Virus record (IMG/VR): IMGVR_UViG_3300025133_000072
Span: 1-64,000 of that record
Direction: 5' to 3' (one strand)
Source of the DNA: a virus
DNA length: 64,000 bases
Shown here one piece after another: positions 9,374 through 18,412 of the stretch. Numbering within the stretch: position 1 is the stretch's first letter; the number at the start of each line of letters is the position of its first letter. Both the position numbers and the translations under genes were made by a program. The notes beneath the pieces were generated by a model. That model made no database searches and was not told the origin of the DNA. It saw only the letters and a program-made list of their open reading frames with translations.

Positions 9374-11041
9374 ATGAGCGGTTTAAAACCATCTTATTTT
9401 GAAGCGGGTACTGCTTCGGCTGCTATTACCTTTAGCGCCATTACCATTTCTGGAGGATCAATCTCCGGGATCACCGATCTTGCTGTTGCTGACGGAGGAA
9501 CAGGATCGAGTACGGCGGGGGGCGCTCGTACTGCACTTGGACTGGCTATCGGAACCAATGTCCAGGCTCAAAGCGCTGTTTTAGACGACTTGAATACCAC
9601 TGGGGCTGTAGGTGCTGATGGAGAAATCTTAGTAGGGACGGGTGCTGGGGCTATGGCTTGGGAGTCTGGCGCTACTGCAAGAACTTCTCTTGGACTGGCT
9701 ATCGGAACTAATGTTCAAGCTCAGGGGGATGTCCTTGATGACTTGAATACCACTGGGGCTGTAGGAGCTGACGGGGAGATTCTTGTCGGAACTGGAGCCG
9801 GGGCTATGGCTTGGGAGTCTGGAGCAACAGCTCGAACCTCCTTGGGCATTGCTATCGGAACTAATGTTCAAGCTCAGAGTGACGTGCTTGATGATCTCAA
9901 TACGACCGGAGCTGCTAGTGCTGATGGGGAATTTCTTGTTGCTACCGGAGCCGGGGCTATGGCTTGGGAGTCTGGAGCTACTGCAAGAACTTCTATAGGT
10001 CTTGGAACTGGGGACGATCCTACTTTCAATGACTTGACCGTAGCCGGAAATCTGATTGTTAGCGGAACCACTGTTACCCAGAATGTTTCTACTTACACCG
10101 TAGAAGATCCTCTGGTTAAGTTTGCTGATAACAATGGAGCTAATTCCGTTGATATTGGATTCTATGGAGAATATGTATCTGGATCTACCTTTTTTCGAGG
10201 TATGGTTTTTGATGCTTCAGATTCTACCAAAGTGAAATTCTTCAACGGATTGGATACAGAGCCCACTACATCTACGGACTTCACCAAAGCTTATACCAAG
10301 CCTGATATTGATGCCGATATTCTGGGGAATGCTGCTACAGCTACTACAGCTACTTCGGCTGGTTCAGCTACCAATGCGACTAACGCTACCAATGCTACCA
10401 ATTGGACTGGAGCTACTCTAAACAGTTCTGAGAATCAGTATGATCTCATTACTGGTGGAGGGTCTGGATTTGTTGCTTCTAATATTGGAACAGCAAATTC
10501 CTTGGTTATTCGTCCAGGTTCTGGAAATCTTGGCGGTTCTGCTGTTAATGACAACGAGATTTGTGGTCGTAATGGTGGGGATATCACTGGTATCGCCCTT
10601 TCCACAAATGAGGTTCTCGGAAGAGCGGGAAGTAACATAGCTGCTATTGCCATAGCATCTAATTCCGTTCTGGGTCGTCTCGGTGGAGACATTACTGATC
10701 TTACCGGGGCTGATTTTCGGGATTCCCTCGGAGTAGGTTTCCGAGCTAAGTCTTTCCGTCTCAGTTCTACTGATGTAGACACCAACGGATATATTGAACT
10801 TGACAGTGATTCTGTTATTGCCGGATCTGTCATGGTGTTCAAAGTCGGTGGGGGTATTCAAATCGGAGATACCATTGATGTGACGGGCCAAACCCCGGAT
10901 TTTGCGGTTGGGGATTCTAATGCCAATCGTCTTTATATCACTTCCAGTAAAGAAGCTGATGGAGATGCTGCTTATGCAACCCTTAGTGATGAATTTGCTG
11001 CGAATGATGATGTGATTGTTTTATATCAGGGCAACGCCTAA
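9374..11041 (+). CDS. long fibre protein with internal repeats
   Basis: LAVADGGTG...ARTALGL fibre motifs; three 51-aa repeats; ATNATN repeats; GGAGG RBS. Confidence 0.8.
   Translation: MSGLKPSYFEAGTASAAITFSAITISGGSISGITDLAVADGGTGSSTAGGARTALGLAIGTNVQAQSAVLDDLNTTGAVGADGEILVGTGAGAMAWESGATARTSLGLAIGTNVQAQGDVLDDLNTTGAVGADGEILVGTGAGAMAWESGATARTSLGIAIGTNVQAQSDVLDDLNTTGAASADGEFLVATGAGAMAWESGATARTSIGLGTGDDPTFNDLTVAGNLIVSGTTVTQNVSTYTVEDPLVKFADNNGANSVDIGFYGEYVSGSTFFRGMVFDASDSTKVKFFNGLDTEPTTSTDFTKAYTKPDIDADILGNAATATTATSAGSATNATNATNATNWTGATLNSSENQYDLITGGGSGFVASNIGTANSLVIRPGSGNLGGSAVNDNEICGRNGGDITGIALSTNEVLGRAGSNIAAIAIASNSVLGRLGGDITDLTGADFRDSLGVGFRAKSFRLSSTDVDTNGYIELDSDSVIAGSVMVFKVGGGIQIGDTIDVTGQTPDFAVGDSNANRLYITSSKEADGDAAYATLSDEFAANDDVIVLYQGNA
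9524..9982 (+). repeat. three tandem 153-bp (51-aa) intragenic repeats, plus the start of a fourth
   Basis: ART.LG.AIGTNVQAQ..VLDDLNTTGA..ADGE.LV.TGAGAMAWESGAT begins at 9524, 9677 and 9830; partial unit at 9983. Confidence 0.9.
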
Positions 11042-11063
11042 GAGTCTGTTTTAGAGCAATAAA

Positions 11064-11092
11064 GAGGGGGCTCTTCGGAGTCCCCTCATTTT
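11064..11092 (+). terminator. intrinsic terminator
   Basis: GAGGGGGCTC-TTCG-GAGTCCCCTC hairpin with cUUCGg loop, followed by ATTTT. Confidence 0.8.
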
Positions 11093-11118
11093 GCATAAGG
11101 GCATAATGAGGGTAGTAT

Positions 11119-11427
11119 ATGGTTAAACTTAAAACCAAATATCTTGATCAATTATATCCAGAACTCATTTACGGAGATGAATCTGACGGGGGTGTTACAG
11201 GCCGAGGTAATGGGGGCTCTGGAGGTTATTGTGGGTACGCTGCTAGAAACGCAGGATATCCGGACTGTGGGGGTGGTGCTGCTGGCTCTTTTGCAGGTGG
11301 AGGTACTGGAGGAGCTTCTGGTACTGGGATTGGCGGGATTGTTAGTTTCTCTGGGACTATTACTGGTCGTTTGATTGTCATTGACGGATCTAATGCTACG
11401 GACTTCCTAACACGATACAATTCCTAA
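11119..11427 (+). CDS. Gly-rich protein, short (internally deleted) paralog
   Basis: N-terminus (KLKTK..YGDESDG) and C-terminus (FSGTITGR...TRY) match the two longer downstream paralogs. Confidence 0.7.
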   Translation: MVKLKTKYLDQLYPELIYGDESDGGVTGRGNGGSGGYCGYAARNAGYPDCGGGAAGSFAGGGTGGASGTGIGGIVSFSGTITGRLIVIDGSNATDFLTRYNS

Positions 11428-11443
11428 ACTATAAAGGACCATA

Positions 11444-12910
11444 ATGAGCAAGATTAAAGTAAAAGAAATCGAAAACGTCCCCCCTTCTGACATGTATGGA
11501 ACAGGGTCAGACGGAGTAGTTACCACAGGATTTGGGAACACTAATCTGAATGCGACCACAATAGCAACAGACGGGACGGATTCCATTGATTCTGGAAAAA
11601 TCCACAGAGCTACCAGTGCGGTTACTATTAGTCATACTCTTACTATTGAACAGCAATCCGGCCTATCCCATTCTATAACAGGTTTTCCTACAACTTATGG
11701 ATCTCCCGGAATAGCTCCCTCTGCTGTTTTCCCTACAATTGGAACAGATAGTATCCCTTCCTTGGTTAGAGGAGGAGCTGATGATGCTGATTCTCCTGGG
11801 GGATGGGTTCAGATCCTTGCTGGGGGGGATGTAGCTATCAATGCTAATCTAGATGCTAAAGGAACTGCTACTGTAGGAACTGCTGGGGGTGGTGGCGGTG
11901 GTTTGCTCGTTATTGTGTCTGGTGGAGATATTTCAGGATCAGGCAACATAGACCTTTCTGGAGCCAATGGAGGATCTACTGGATCTGCTAAAGGTGGGGG
12001 AGGCGGTTATGCTGGAGGCTGGGGAGGCCATTCTGGATATGGCGGTTCCGGGGGAGGAGCAGGTTCTTCTGTTGATGCTTCTGGAACCGGAGGTTCTGGG
12101 GGTGGTGGTTTAGTATCTGGGAATGATGGCGGGGATATGTATTCTGCTGGAACTCTTGGAGCTGCTGGAGGAGGTTCCTTAGACAATACAGGTGGAGATG
12201 GTCACCCGAATGGAGATGGAGGAAATGGTGGAGCTGGAGGAGATCATCTGAGCTCTTACAAACCTATTCCCAAACAACTTCTTCAAGGAGCTATTCGAGC
12301 TGCTGTTGCTACTGCTGGTGCTGGAGGATCGGCTGGAACTGAGTCTAATACTGGAGGCACAGGAGGATCTGACGGAGGTGGCGGAGGTGGCGGAGCTTGG
12401 GCTACTGATGCTGTAAATGATGGTGGTGCTGGCGGAGATGCGGGTGCTGGAGGCGGTGGCGGTTCAGGATACGAAACAGGCGGAGGAACTTCCGGAGACG
12501 GAGGAGATGGAGGAGACGGGAATGCAGAACTTTACCCACAATTCGACGAATCACCCTGGAACGGACGACCAGGAGGACAAGGTGGAGGTGGCGGTGGAGG
12601 AGCCTGTAAAGGTAATTCCTATAATGGTGGTCTATCTAACGGAACAGGAGGTTCTGGGGGTTCAGGAGCTTCTGGAAATACTGCTAATTTGAATAATACT
12701 GGAGCAGGAGCAGGAGGAGATGGAGCAGACGGAGCTGCGGGAGACTCTAATGGAAATGGAGGAGCTGGCGGAGCCGGGGGAAATGGAGGAGGAGCGCCGG
12801 GATTGGTAATCTTTATTTGTACTACTTTTTCATATACCGGGACCATTACAGGTCGCTCTCTCATTTTGACTGGGGATGATGCCCGAAAGATAATTACTCG
12901 TTATGTCTAA
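11444..12910 (+). CDS. Gly-rich putative fibre/adhesin protein
   Basis: GGWVQILAGG...GGGGGLLVIV beta motifs and long GGxGGx tracts; virion gene context. Confidence 0.75.
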   Translation: MSKIKVKEIENVPPSDMYGTGSDGVVTTGFGNTNLNATTIATDGTDSIDSGKIHRATSAVTISHTLTIEQQSGLSHSITGFPTTYGSPGIAPSAVFPTIGTDSIPSLVRGGADDADSPGGWVQILAGGDVAINANLDAKGTATVGTAGGGGGGLLVIVSGGDISGSGNIDLSGANGGSTGSAKGGGGGYAGGWGGHSGYGGSGGGAGSSVDASGTGGSGGGGLVSGNDGGDMYSAGTLGAAGGGSLDNTGGDGHPNGDGGNGGAGGDHLSSYKPIPKQLLQGAIRAAVATAGAGGSAGTESNTGGTGGSDGGGGGGGAWATDAVNDGGAGGDAGAGGGGGSGYETGGGTSGDGGDGGDGNAELYPQFDESPWNGRPGGQGGGGGGGACKGNSYNGGLSNGTGGSGGSGASGNTANLNNTGAGAGGDGADGAAGDSNGNGGAGGAGGNGGGAPGLVIFICTTFSYTGTITGRSLILTGDDARKIITRYV

Positions 12911-13748
12911 AATCAGAACTAAAGAAATTGAGTATGCTCCAAGCCCTGATATGTATGGTGATGGATCTGATGGAGCTGTAGGAAATCTATCTTCAGGAAG
13001 TACCGAAGCAACTTCAGTATCAACTACCAGTACACATGGAATTGGATCTGGGGCTATTGTTCGAAGTCAAGGAAATGTAGCTATTAACGAAGGGGACTCT
13101 CTTCAGATACAGCAACAGGACGGAATTGCTCGACAATCTGATGCTGAAATAGGTAGTGAGGGAATTGATCCTGATATCATTATGAACATGATAGGAACCA
13201 GTTTTATTCCTCCTTTGGAAAGAGAAGGAACAGATGCTACCGGGGCCTGCGGGGGATGGGTTCAAATCATAGCTGATGGCAATGTTTCCATTAATGGTAT
13301 TCTCCAAGCTAAGGGGTTGGCTCCTGCTACTAATGCTGGGGGAGCGGGTGGAGGATTGGTCATAATCGTTTGTTCAGGTTCTTTTGATGGATCTGGGACA
13401 ATTGATATATCCGGAGCTGTTGCTGGAGCTACAGCTAATGGGAAAGGTGGGGGCGGAAGTTATTCAGGACGAAGAGGAGGCCACGCAGGTTATGGCGGAT
13501 CTGGTGGTGGTGCTGGAACAAATGATAGCGGAGATGCTTCTGCTGGAACAGGTGGGGCTGGATTTGTTGCTGGAAATGCAGGTGGAACAGGGGGACAGAC
13601 TGACGGAGGAGGCGGAGGTGGAGGCGGAGCCTTAGCCGAAGCTGGGTCTAACGGAGCTGCTTCCGGAGGAGGCGGAGGAGGCGATGGAGGGTCTAACGAA
13701 TTAAGTGGGGAAATCTTCGTTGCTCAAAATCTCCAAAACCAAACTTAG
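12903..13748 (+). CDS. Gly-rich paralog 3, N-terminal half
   Basis: colinear with the first ~270 aa of 11444..12910; ends at TAG. Confidence 0.7.
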   Translation: MSKIRTKEIEYAPSPDMYGDGSDGAVGNLSSGSTEATSVSTTSTHGIGSGAIVRSQGNVAINEGDSLQIQQQDGIARQSDAEIGSEGIDPDIIMNMIGTSFIPPLEREGTDATGACGGWVQIIADGNVSINGILQAKGLAPATNAGGAGGGLVIIVCSGSFDGSGTIDISGAVAGATANGKGGGGSYSGRRGGHAGYGGSGGGAGTNDSGDASAGTGGAGFVAGNAGGTGGQTDGGGGGGGGALAEAGSNGAASGGGGGGDGGSNELSGEIFVAQNLQNQT

Positions 13749-13756
13749 GAATCATT

Positions 13757-14620
13757 ATGCATTTATTTGACCCATTTTATAATTCAATTTGTTTTGCTTC
13801 TTGTGGAGATAGTGGGAGTGCTCCTGGTTCTGGGGGAGGCGGAGGGCAAGGATCTTCGGGAGATGGATCTGCTGGAAATGGCTCTTCGGGTGGTTCTGGT
13901 GGAACTGGGGGAGGGGCTGCTGGAAATGGATCAACTTCCGGAGGAGCTACTGGGGGAACAGGGGGCAATGGTGGTGCTGGCGGAGGCGGAGGTGGGGGAG
14001 GAGGTAAGTCAACCGGACCCTCGACATCTGCTGGCGGATCTGGTGGCTCGGCTGCTACTGGAGGAGGAACTGCTGGTGCTGGAGGTAATGCTGGAGGAGG
14101 CGGAGGTGGGGGAGGTTCTTCTCTTACCAATGGGGACACAGGCGGAGGAGCTGGAGGAATAGCTGGATCTGGTGGGGGTGGAGGAGCTGGATACAATGAT
14201 ACTGGTCCCGCTTTAGGAGCTGGAGGCGATGGAGCTGATGGAGATGCGGATCTTGTTCCTTATGTGAATAAAGATTATTTCAATGGAGGTTCCGGGGGTC
14301 AAGGAGGCGGAGGTGGGGGCGGTCCTGCTGTTTATTCTGAATCTAATGGAACAGTTGGGGCTGGTGGAGGTGGAGGAGCTGGAGAACCTCGTGCTGGAGA
14401 GCAAGCTGTTGGATCAGGAACCGGAGGAGCTGGGGGAGCTGGATCTAATGGAGCTACAAATGGAAATGGGGGAGCAGGTGGGAATGGTGGGAATGGTGGG
14501 GGAGCTACTGGTTGTTTGATCGTGCTCTGTACAGCTAATAATTTTACAGGAACGATCAACGGATACAGTCAAATTATTGTAGTTGATGATCCAAAGAAAT
14601 TAGCTAAACGATACCTTTGA
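13757..14620 (+). CDS. Gly-rich paralog 3, C-terminal half
   Basis: colinear with the second half of 11444..12910 (DGDADL.P, GGQGGGGGGG, FTGTING...RY); lies in the -1 frame relative to 12903. Confidence 0.7.
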   Translation: MHLFDPFYNSICFASCGDSGSAPGSGGGGGQGSSGDGSAGNGSSGGSGGTGGGAAGNGSTSGGATGGTGGNGGAGGGGGGGGGKSTGPSTSAGGSGGSAATGGGTAGAGGNAGGGGGGGGSSLTNGDTGGGAGGIAGSGGGGGAGYNDTGPALGAGGDGADGDADLVPYVNKDYFNGGSGGQGGGGGGGPAVYSESNGTVGAGGGGGAGEPRAGEQAVGSGTGGAGGAGSNGATNGNGGAGGNGGNGGGATGCLIVLCTANNFTGTINGYSQIIVVDDPKKLAKRYL

Positions 14621-14640
14621 TTCGTTGATATAATGATCCC

Positions 14641-15048
14641 ATGGAATTAGATAAGATCCTTCTTCAAAACAAATGGAGCAGAGATCCAAAAGAACATAAG
14701 ATAGTCTATTCTGCTTCTATCCCATCCCATCTTGTATTAATGAAGATTAGAGACTGGTCTATTTTCTTCGCTAAGAAGCTGGCAGGGAAGCAGGAAATTG
14801 ACTTAGCTTTTAACATAAACAAGTGTACGTTAGATTTGGAATATCATGCCGAAAAGGGGATATTACAGGATGGACTCCATCCCTGTGCCGATAAACAAGA
14901 AGCCTATGACCGATCGGGCGGAGGTCATCAAACGTATGGTGAAAATGGGAAAGTTGCCATATATCGACACCGAGGGAGAACATTTCTTGGTAACTTGGAA
15001 GAAGTCCGAGAACGAGACAAAGACGAATCCGGAAGATGTTTGGTCTAA
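14641..15048 (+). CDS. hypothetical protein (frame ambiguous after ~14846)
   Basis: TGATATAAT extended -10 directly upstream; overlaps an alternative open frame starting at 14846. Confidence 0.35.
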   Translation: MELDKILLQNKWSRDPKEHKIVYSASIPSHLVLMKIRDWSIFFAKKLAGKQEIDLAFNINKCTLDLEYHAEKGILQDGLHPCADKQEAYDRSGGGHQTYGENGKVAIYRHRGRTFLGNLEEVRERDKDESGRCLV

Positions 15049-15163
15049 ATTATCGTTGCCTAGAATGGATGCTTTCTTCACCGATTCTGTGTATGAAGGA
15101 AGTCAAGTTTTTGCTCTTAATTGTGATACAATAGAATTAGGGCAGTCTGAAGAGGAGAATACA

Positions 15164-15634
15164 ATGGCTGGATTTTCAGGCCGAGCCCAACACATCCGAG
15201 TCAACAGCATCCAGAACAATCTTACTGACGATCAGAAACAAGAACTTCTGAATTCTGAAAAAGTCCCTACTGCTTCTGAACTCACAAGCAGCGATATTCT
15301 GGACGGAACTATCCAAGCTTACAAAGTCCTGGTCAAAACGACTTCAGACAAAGTACGAGCAGGGAATTCTGCTACAGTATCTGAGAAGGATGCTGTGGTG
15401 GGTGTTTCTTTGGATGGTGGGATTGACGGAGAAAGAATTACCTATGCCCGGTTCAAAGAAGTTTATATGAAGGCCCATGGATTCGCTGTTCAAAAGCCTC
15501 TTTTCTTGAGTGGGTCTACAGGGGATTTTTCTACGACAGCTCCTACTTCTGGCTTTGTCAAAAAAGTAGGAGTGGTTTTGGATCAAGATCGAATTGCTTT
15601 CGATGTCCTTTCCAGTGATTCCATCAAGTTATGA
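15164..15634 (+). CDS. virion structural protein (cement/decoration-like)
   Basis: GAGGAG RBS and TGTGATACAAT promoter place the start at MAGFSGR; VVGV...G...PLFLS...G..STTAPTSG...VG motif. Confidence 0.6.
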   Translation: MAGFSGRAQHIRVNSIQNNLTDDQKQELLNSEKVPTASELTSSDILDGTIQAYKVLVKTTSDKVRAGNSATVSEKDAVVGVSLDGGIDGERITYARFKEVYMKAHGFAVQKPLFLSGSTGDFSTTAPTSGFVKKVGVVLDQDRIAFDVLSSDSIKL

Positions 15635-15729
15635 GTTCTGTAGAAACACACATTCCTGGGAAACGAATTAAAATAGATTCCTTTATTCCTGGGAAACGGA
15701 TCAAGCTAGAAACTGCGGTAAGGAAATAA
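15631..15729 (+). CDS. 32-aa peptide with duplicated IPGKRIK motif
   Basis: MSSVETHIPGKRIKIDSFIPGKRIKLETAVRK*; ATGA overlap upstream and TAATG overlap downstream. Confidence 0.55.
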   Translation: MSSVETHIPGKRIKIDSFIPGKRIKLETAVRK

Positions 15730-16097
15730 TGTCCAATCCAAGATTTGCTATAGGGAGTGTTCCTGAATTTGATTGTGTTTTCAATGACGAGAGCACAGGA
15801 ACTTTCTTAGATCTCACTGGAATCGATACAGCTAAGTCCTACCTGTGTTTGTTGAGTTCTGACGGGACAACAGAATTCAAAGGATTATTGAACTCCTCTG
15901 CCGTGACAATGCCAGCGGATCTCATGGACGGAAACATCATTTTATTGACTAAGAATCTGACCAACTTCACGAACCTGGACGAAGCTGGGAAATGGACTAT
16001 TGGATTTCGTCTTGAGTATACTGCTGGGGCTGTGATCATTTCGGAACAGCATACAGAGTTTGCTGTCCAGGTCATTGTTGCTGTAGATTGTGCCTGA
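15729..16097 (+). CDS. beta-sandwich virion protein (BppU N-terminal-like)
   Basis: F.CVF.D..G...DLTG...DG.I...LDEAGKW...Y..G..IS...F.V pattern. Confidence 0.55.
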   Translation: MSNPRFAIGSVPEFDCVFNDESTGTFLDLTGIDTAKSYLCLLSSDGTTEFKGLLNSSAVTMPADLMDGNIILLTKNLTNFTNLDEAGKWTIGFRLEYTAGAVIISEQHTEFAVQVIVAVDCA

Positions 16098-16483
16098 TGG
16101 TATCTGTTAAACGCTGGCTCACTTACTCTCTCTATATTCTGGCTTTTGTTGGTCTATTTGTCCTCCTTCGAGGATTTCTTAAAAAAGAAGACTTTGACAA
16201 AATCCTCGGAGCATTGAAGAATAAAGAGAAGGATCTTCAAAAACAGATCCACAAGAAAGAAATAGAAGCAGCTAAGCTCCAAACCAAAAAAGAGATGATC
16301 AATCTTCAGTATGAGGATTTACAGGTCAACACAGTTCGACGTATTGAGGCGATTGAGGCTTCTCTAAGGGTCAAGGACCAAGAACTTGAGATATACTTCA
16401 AATCTGTACGAAACGGAGCCCTTTCTGGTAATTTCTCGGAGGCTCTGGTTCTTGCTAAGGCTAAACAAGTGGATGAGTTTTAA
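16097..16483 (+). CDS. putative inner-membrane spanin subunit
   Basis: N-terminal TM (WLTYSLYILAFVGLFVLL) followed by coiled coil; overlaps the downstream lipoprotein gene. Confidence 0.5.
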   Translation: MVSVKRWLTYSLYILAFVGLFVLLRGFLKKEDFDKILGALKNKEKDLQKQIHKKEIEAAKLQTKKEMINLQYEDLQVNTVRRIEAIEASLRVKDQELEIYFKSVRNGALSGNFSEALVLAKAKQVDEF

Positions 16484-16967
16484 ACTCTTTCTATTTCTCC
16501 TTCTTGTTTGCTCCTGCTCTTCTGTTGAATTCACAAACCTTCCCGAACCCTTCACAGCTTCTCGTGGAGACAAATCCAAAGAGTTCCCTGCTGGAGTGTT
16601 CATCGAGAAGAAGCAATGGGAATCTCATCTCCTGATAATCGTCTCTGACCAGGAAACAATAGCTCGTTTGAAATTGAGAAACGATGCCTTTGTGCAAAAG
16701 GAAAAAATCTACAAGGAAATTCTCCAGGGAAAAGATGAACTTTGGGAGCAGAAAAAGCAGATCGAAATCGAACAGAAACAGATAAGAGAAGATCTGAATG
16801 TTTTGTACGAAGAGAAGTTCCGGGTCAAAGACGAGATCATAGAAGTTTACAAGGAGAAAGAAAAAACCCTCCAGTATAAACTGAAGGGCTCCAGATTCCT
16901 TCAAAAGGTTTCGCTTGTAACCGGACTGTGGATCGGCTACAAAGTGTCTAAGATCTTAGACTTTTAG
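16473..16967 (+). CDS. putative lipoprotein, spanin-like
   Basis: MSFKLFLFLLLVCSC lipobox-like signal, coiled coil, hydrophobic C-terminus; start reassigned from 16386. Confidence 0.5.
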   Translation: MSFKLFLFLLLVCSCSSVEFTNLPEPFTASRGDKSKEFPAGVFIEKKQWESHLLIIVSDQETIARLKLRNDAFVQKEKIYKEILQGKDELWEQKKQIEIEQKQIREDLNVLYEEKFRVKDEIIEVYKEKEKTLQYKLKGSRFLQKVSLVTGLWIGYKVSKILDF

Positions 16968-17671
16968 ATGTACCTACCGTGTAAAATTCCATGTCTGCTT
17001 AAAGCAGAACATCCTATGTTTCCTGTGGCGTGAACTAATCCCTCAAAGATAAAAGGAATTCCCGCTTTTTGTTTCTTCCCTTTTTTCATCGTGGAATAAA
17101 TATCAGCGAGTTTATCCACGGAGATTTTAGTTCCGATTTTATCTAAGGTCCCTGTTTTCATTAAAAGAGATATTTCAGGATCTTTGTCATCTTCGATCTT
17201 GGCATAGATCCCAGCGTCTTGATCATATTTTTTCAGAAATTTAATAACCATGCTCTGGAATTCTTTCCTGGGCATATCTTCTGGTTTGACGAACAACAAA
17301 GAATCTTCCTCACTCTTAAAAGATTTACCGTCTTCCTTCTCTTCTCTCCAGAATCCATTGAGAAGGTATCCTCCTATTTTCTTAGAATTGAATTCTTTCA
17401 GAATATCCCTGTTAGCTTTTATATTCTTTTTGTGTTGATCTCTTTGGTCTTTTGTCCATTCGCTCTTTGGCCTTGAATGGTCTGTGTTATATGGATCTCT
17501 CCAACCTGTAAACACAGTAAAATCATCCTCTTTTACTCGTTGAAGTAACCGGGATAATTTAGCTTCGGAAATAGGCATGGAATTAGAAAAATCCGGGGTT
17601 TCTCTTTCCTGGGCTTCTTCTAATGCTTCGGATAATTTGTCAGTGAGGGTTAGGGTATGGGAGTAGTTCAT
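16964..17671 (-). CDS. conserved phage protein (DUF3293-like), possible internal head protein
   Basis: LSRL...FTGWR...N..I...GY..NG.W.E...EDS...KYDQD pattern; acidic leader LSEALEEAQE. Confidence 0.6.
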   Translation of the reverse strand: MNYSHTLTLTDKLSEALEEAQERETPDFSNSMPISEAKLSRLLQRVKEDDFTVFTGWRDPYNTDHSRPKSEWTKDQRDQHKKNIKANRDILKEFNSKKIGGYLLNGFWREEKEDGKSFKSEEDSLLFVKPEDMPRKEFQSMVIKFLKKYDQDAGIYAKIEDDKDPEISLLMKTGTLDKIGTKISVDKLADIYSTMKKGKKQKAGIPFIFEGLVHATGNIGCSALSRHGILHGRYI

Positions 17672-18270
17672 AGGAATTCCTTTTCCTTATTATACCATTC
17701 ATTTCCCTTTAATAGACGAGTTACCTTAGCTCCTTGTTTATTCGTGTAATGATACAGAACAAGACCCATGAATCTACAATCATCCCCGGCTGTGTGTCGT
17801 AGCCTTTTTTCGGATTCTATGGCTAGTAAATTCCCTTCCTTTGTTCGAGCAAAGTAAACGAAGCAAGGCGAATTATAATCCCCTTGATTGATCACATAAG
17901 TAACCGTAGCTCGTAACATAAGGACTTCCTCTTTCTTCCCTATGTAAACAGACGCTTTATCTTGAACTATACGCCTCCGAGTTCCCAGGAGATACTTTGC
18001 ATGGTTGGCCCAAGATTTTTCTAGAGCGCTTATTTGAGATGCAGACAAATCTCTTCCCTGTCCTACTAAGTTCAGACAGTCTCTGATGAATTTCATATTG
18101 TGTTTGGATTTGAATTCGGCCTCTTCTAGTTCCTCCAGGAATTCTTCAAGATCCCATATAAGCGTTTTCCTACGGGCTTTTTTATGGATTGAAGCTAATG
18201 TGACAGGGGAGTAATAAGGCATGAATGCTGTTCGGCTATATCGTTTTTTCGTCATAGTTTTAGTATACAT
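17668..18270 (-). CDS. hypothetical protein
   Basis: 200-aa ORF, ATGA-coupled to the next gene. Confidence 0.6.
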   Translation of the reverse strand: MYTKTMTKKRYSRTAFMPYYSPVTLASIHKKARRKTLIWDLEEFLEELEEAEFKSKHNMKFIRDCLNLVGQGRDLSASQISALEKSWANHAKYLLGTRRRIVQDKASVYIGKKEEVLMLRATVTYVINQGDYNSPCFVYFARTKEGNLLAIESEKRLRHTAGDDCRFMGLVLYHYTNKQGAKVTRLLKGNEWYNKEKEFL

Positions 18271-18381
18271 AGAATCTCTTATAATGCCAAGAGTCTATTA
18301 GAGAAAGAAAAAGTTGACGGGGATGAATTGGATCGGTATCTTAGATTTATTCTTTTTATACAAGAAAGCGTGAATTGAATG

Positions 18382-18409
18382 AAGCTCCTGGGTGGTCCGG
18401 GAGCTTTTT
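18382..18409. terminator. hairpin / terminator downstream of the merR-like gene
   Basis: AAGCTCCTGG-GTGGT-CCGGGAGCTT followed by TTT. Confidence 0.55.
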
Positions 18410-18412
18410 CAT

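Noticed and set aside
9524-9982. Diversity-generating retroelement TR/VR pair
   Set aside because: The repeats are tandem and in frame, differ mostly at synonymous positions rather than adenine-specifically, and there is no reverse transcriptase in the window.
11226-14559. Pro-rich minus-strand ORFs and Glu/Leu/Val-rich alternative-frame ORFs
   Set aside because: They are shadows of GGN-rich glycine codons in the real genes.
14846-15163. 262-aa ORF 14846..15634 as a single gene
   Set aside because: An internal promoter-like TGTGATACAAT and a GAGGAG RBS point to a start at 15164. The coding status of the upstream part is unresolved.
795-16097. Bacterial T6SS or extracellular contractile injection system, suggested by the PAAR gene
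   Set aside because: Terminase, portal and a full replication module on the same contig indicate a phage.
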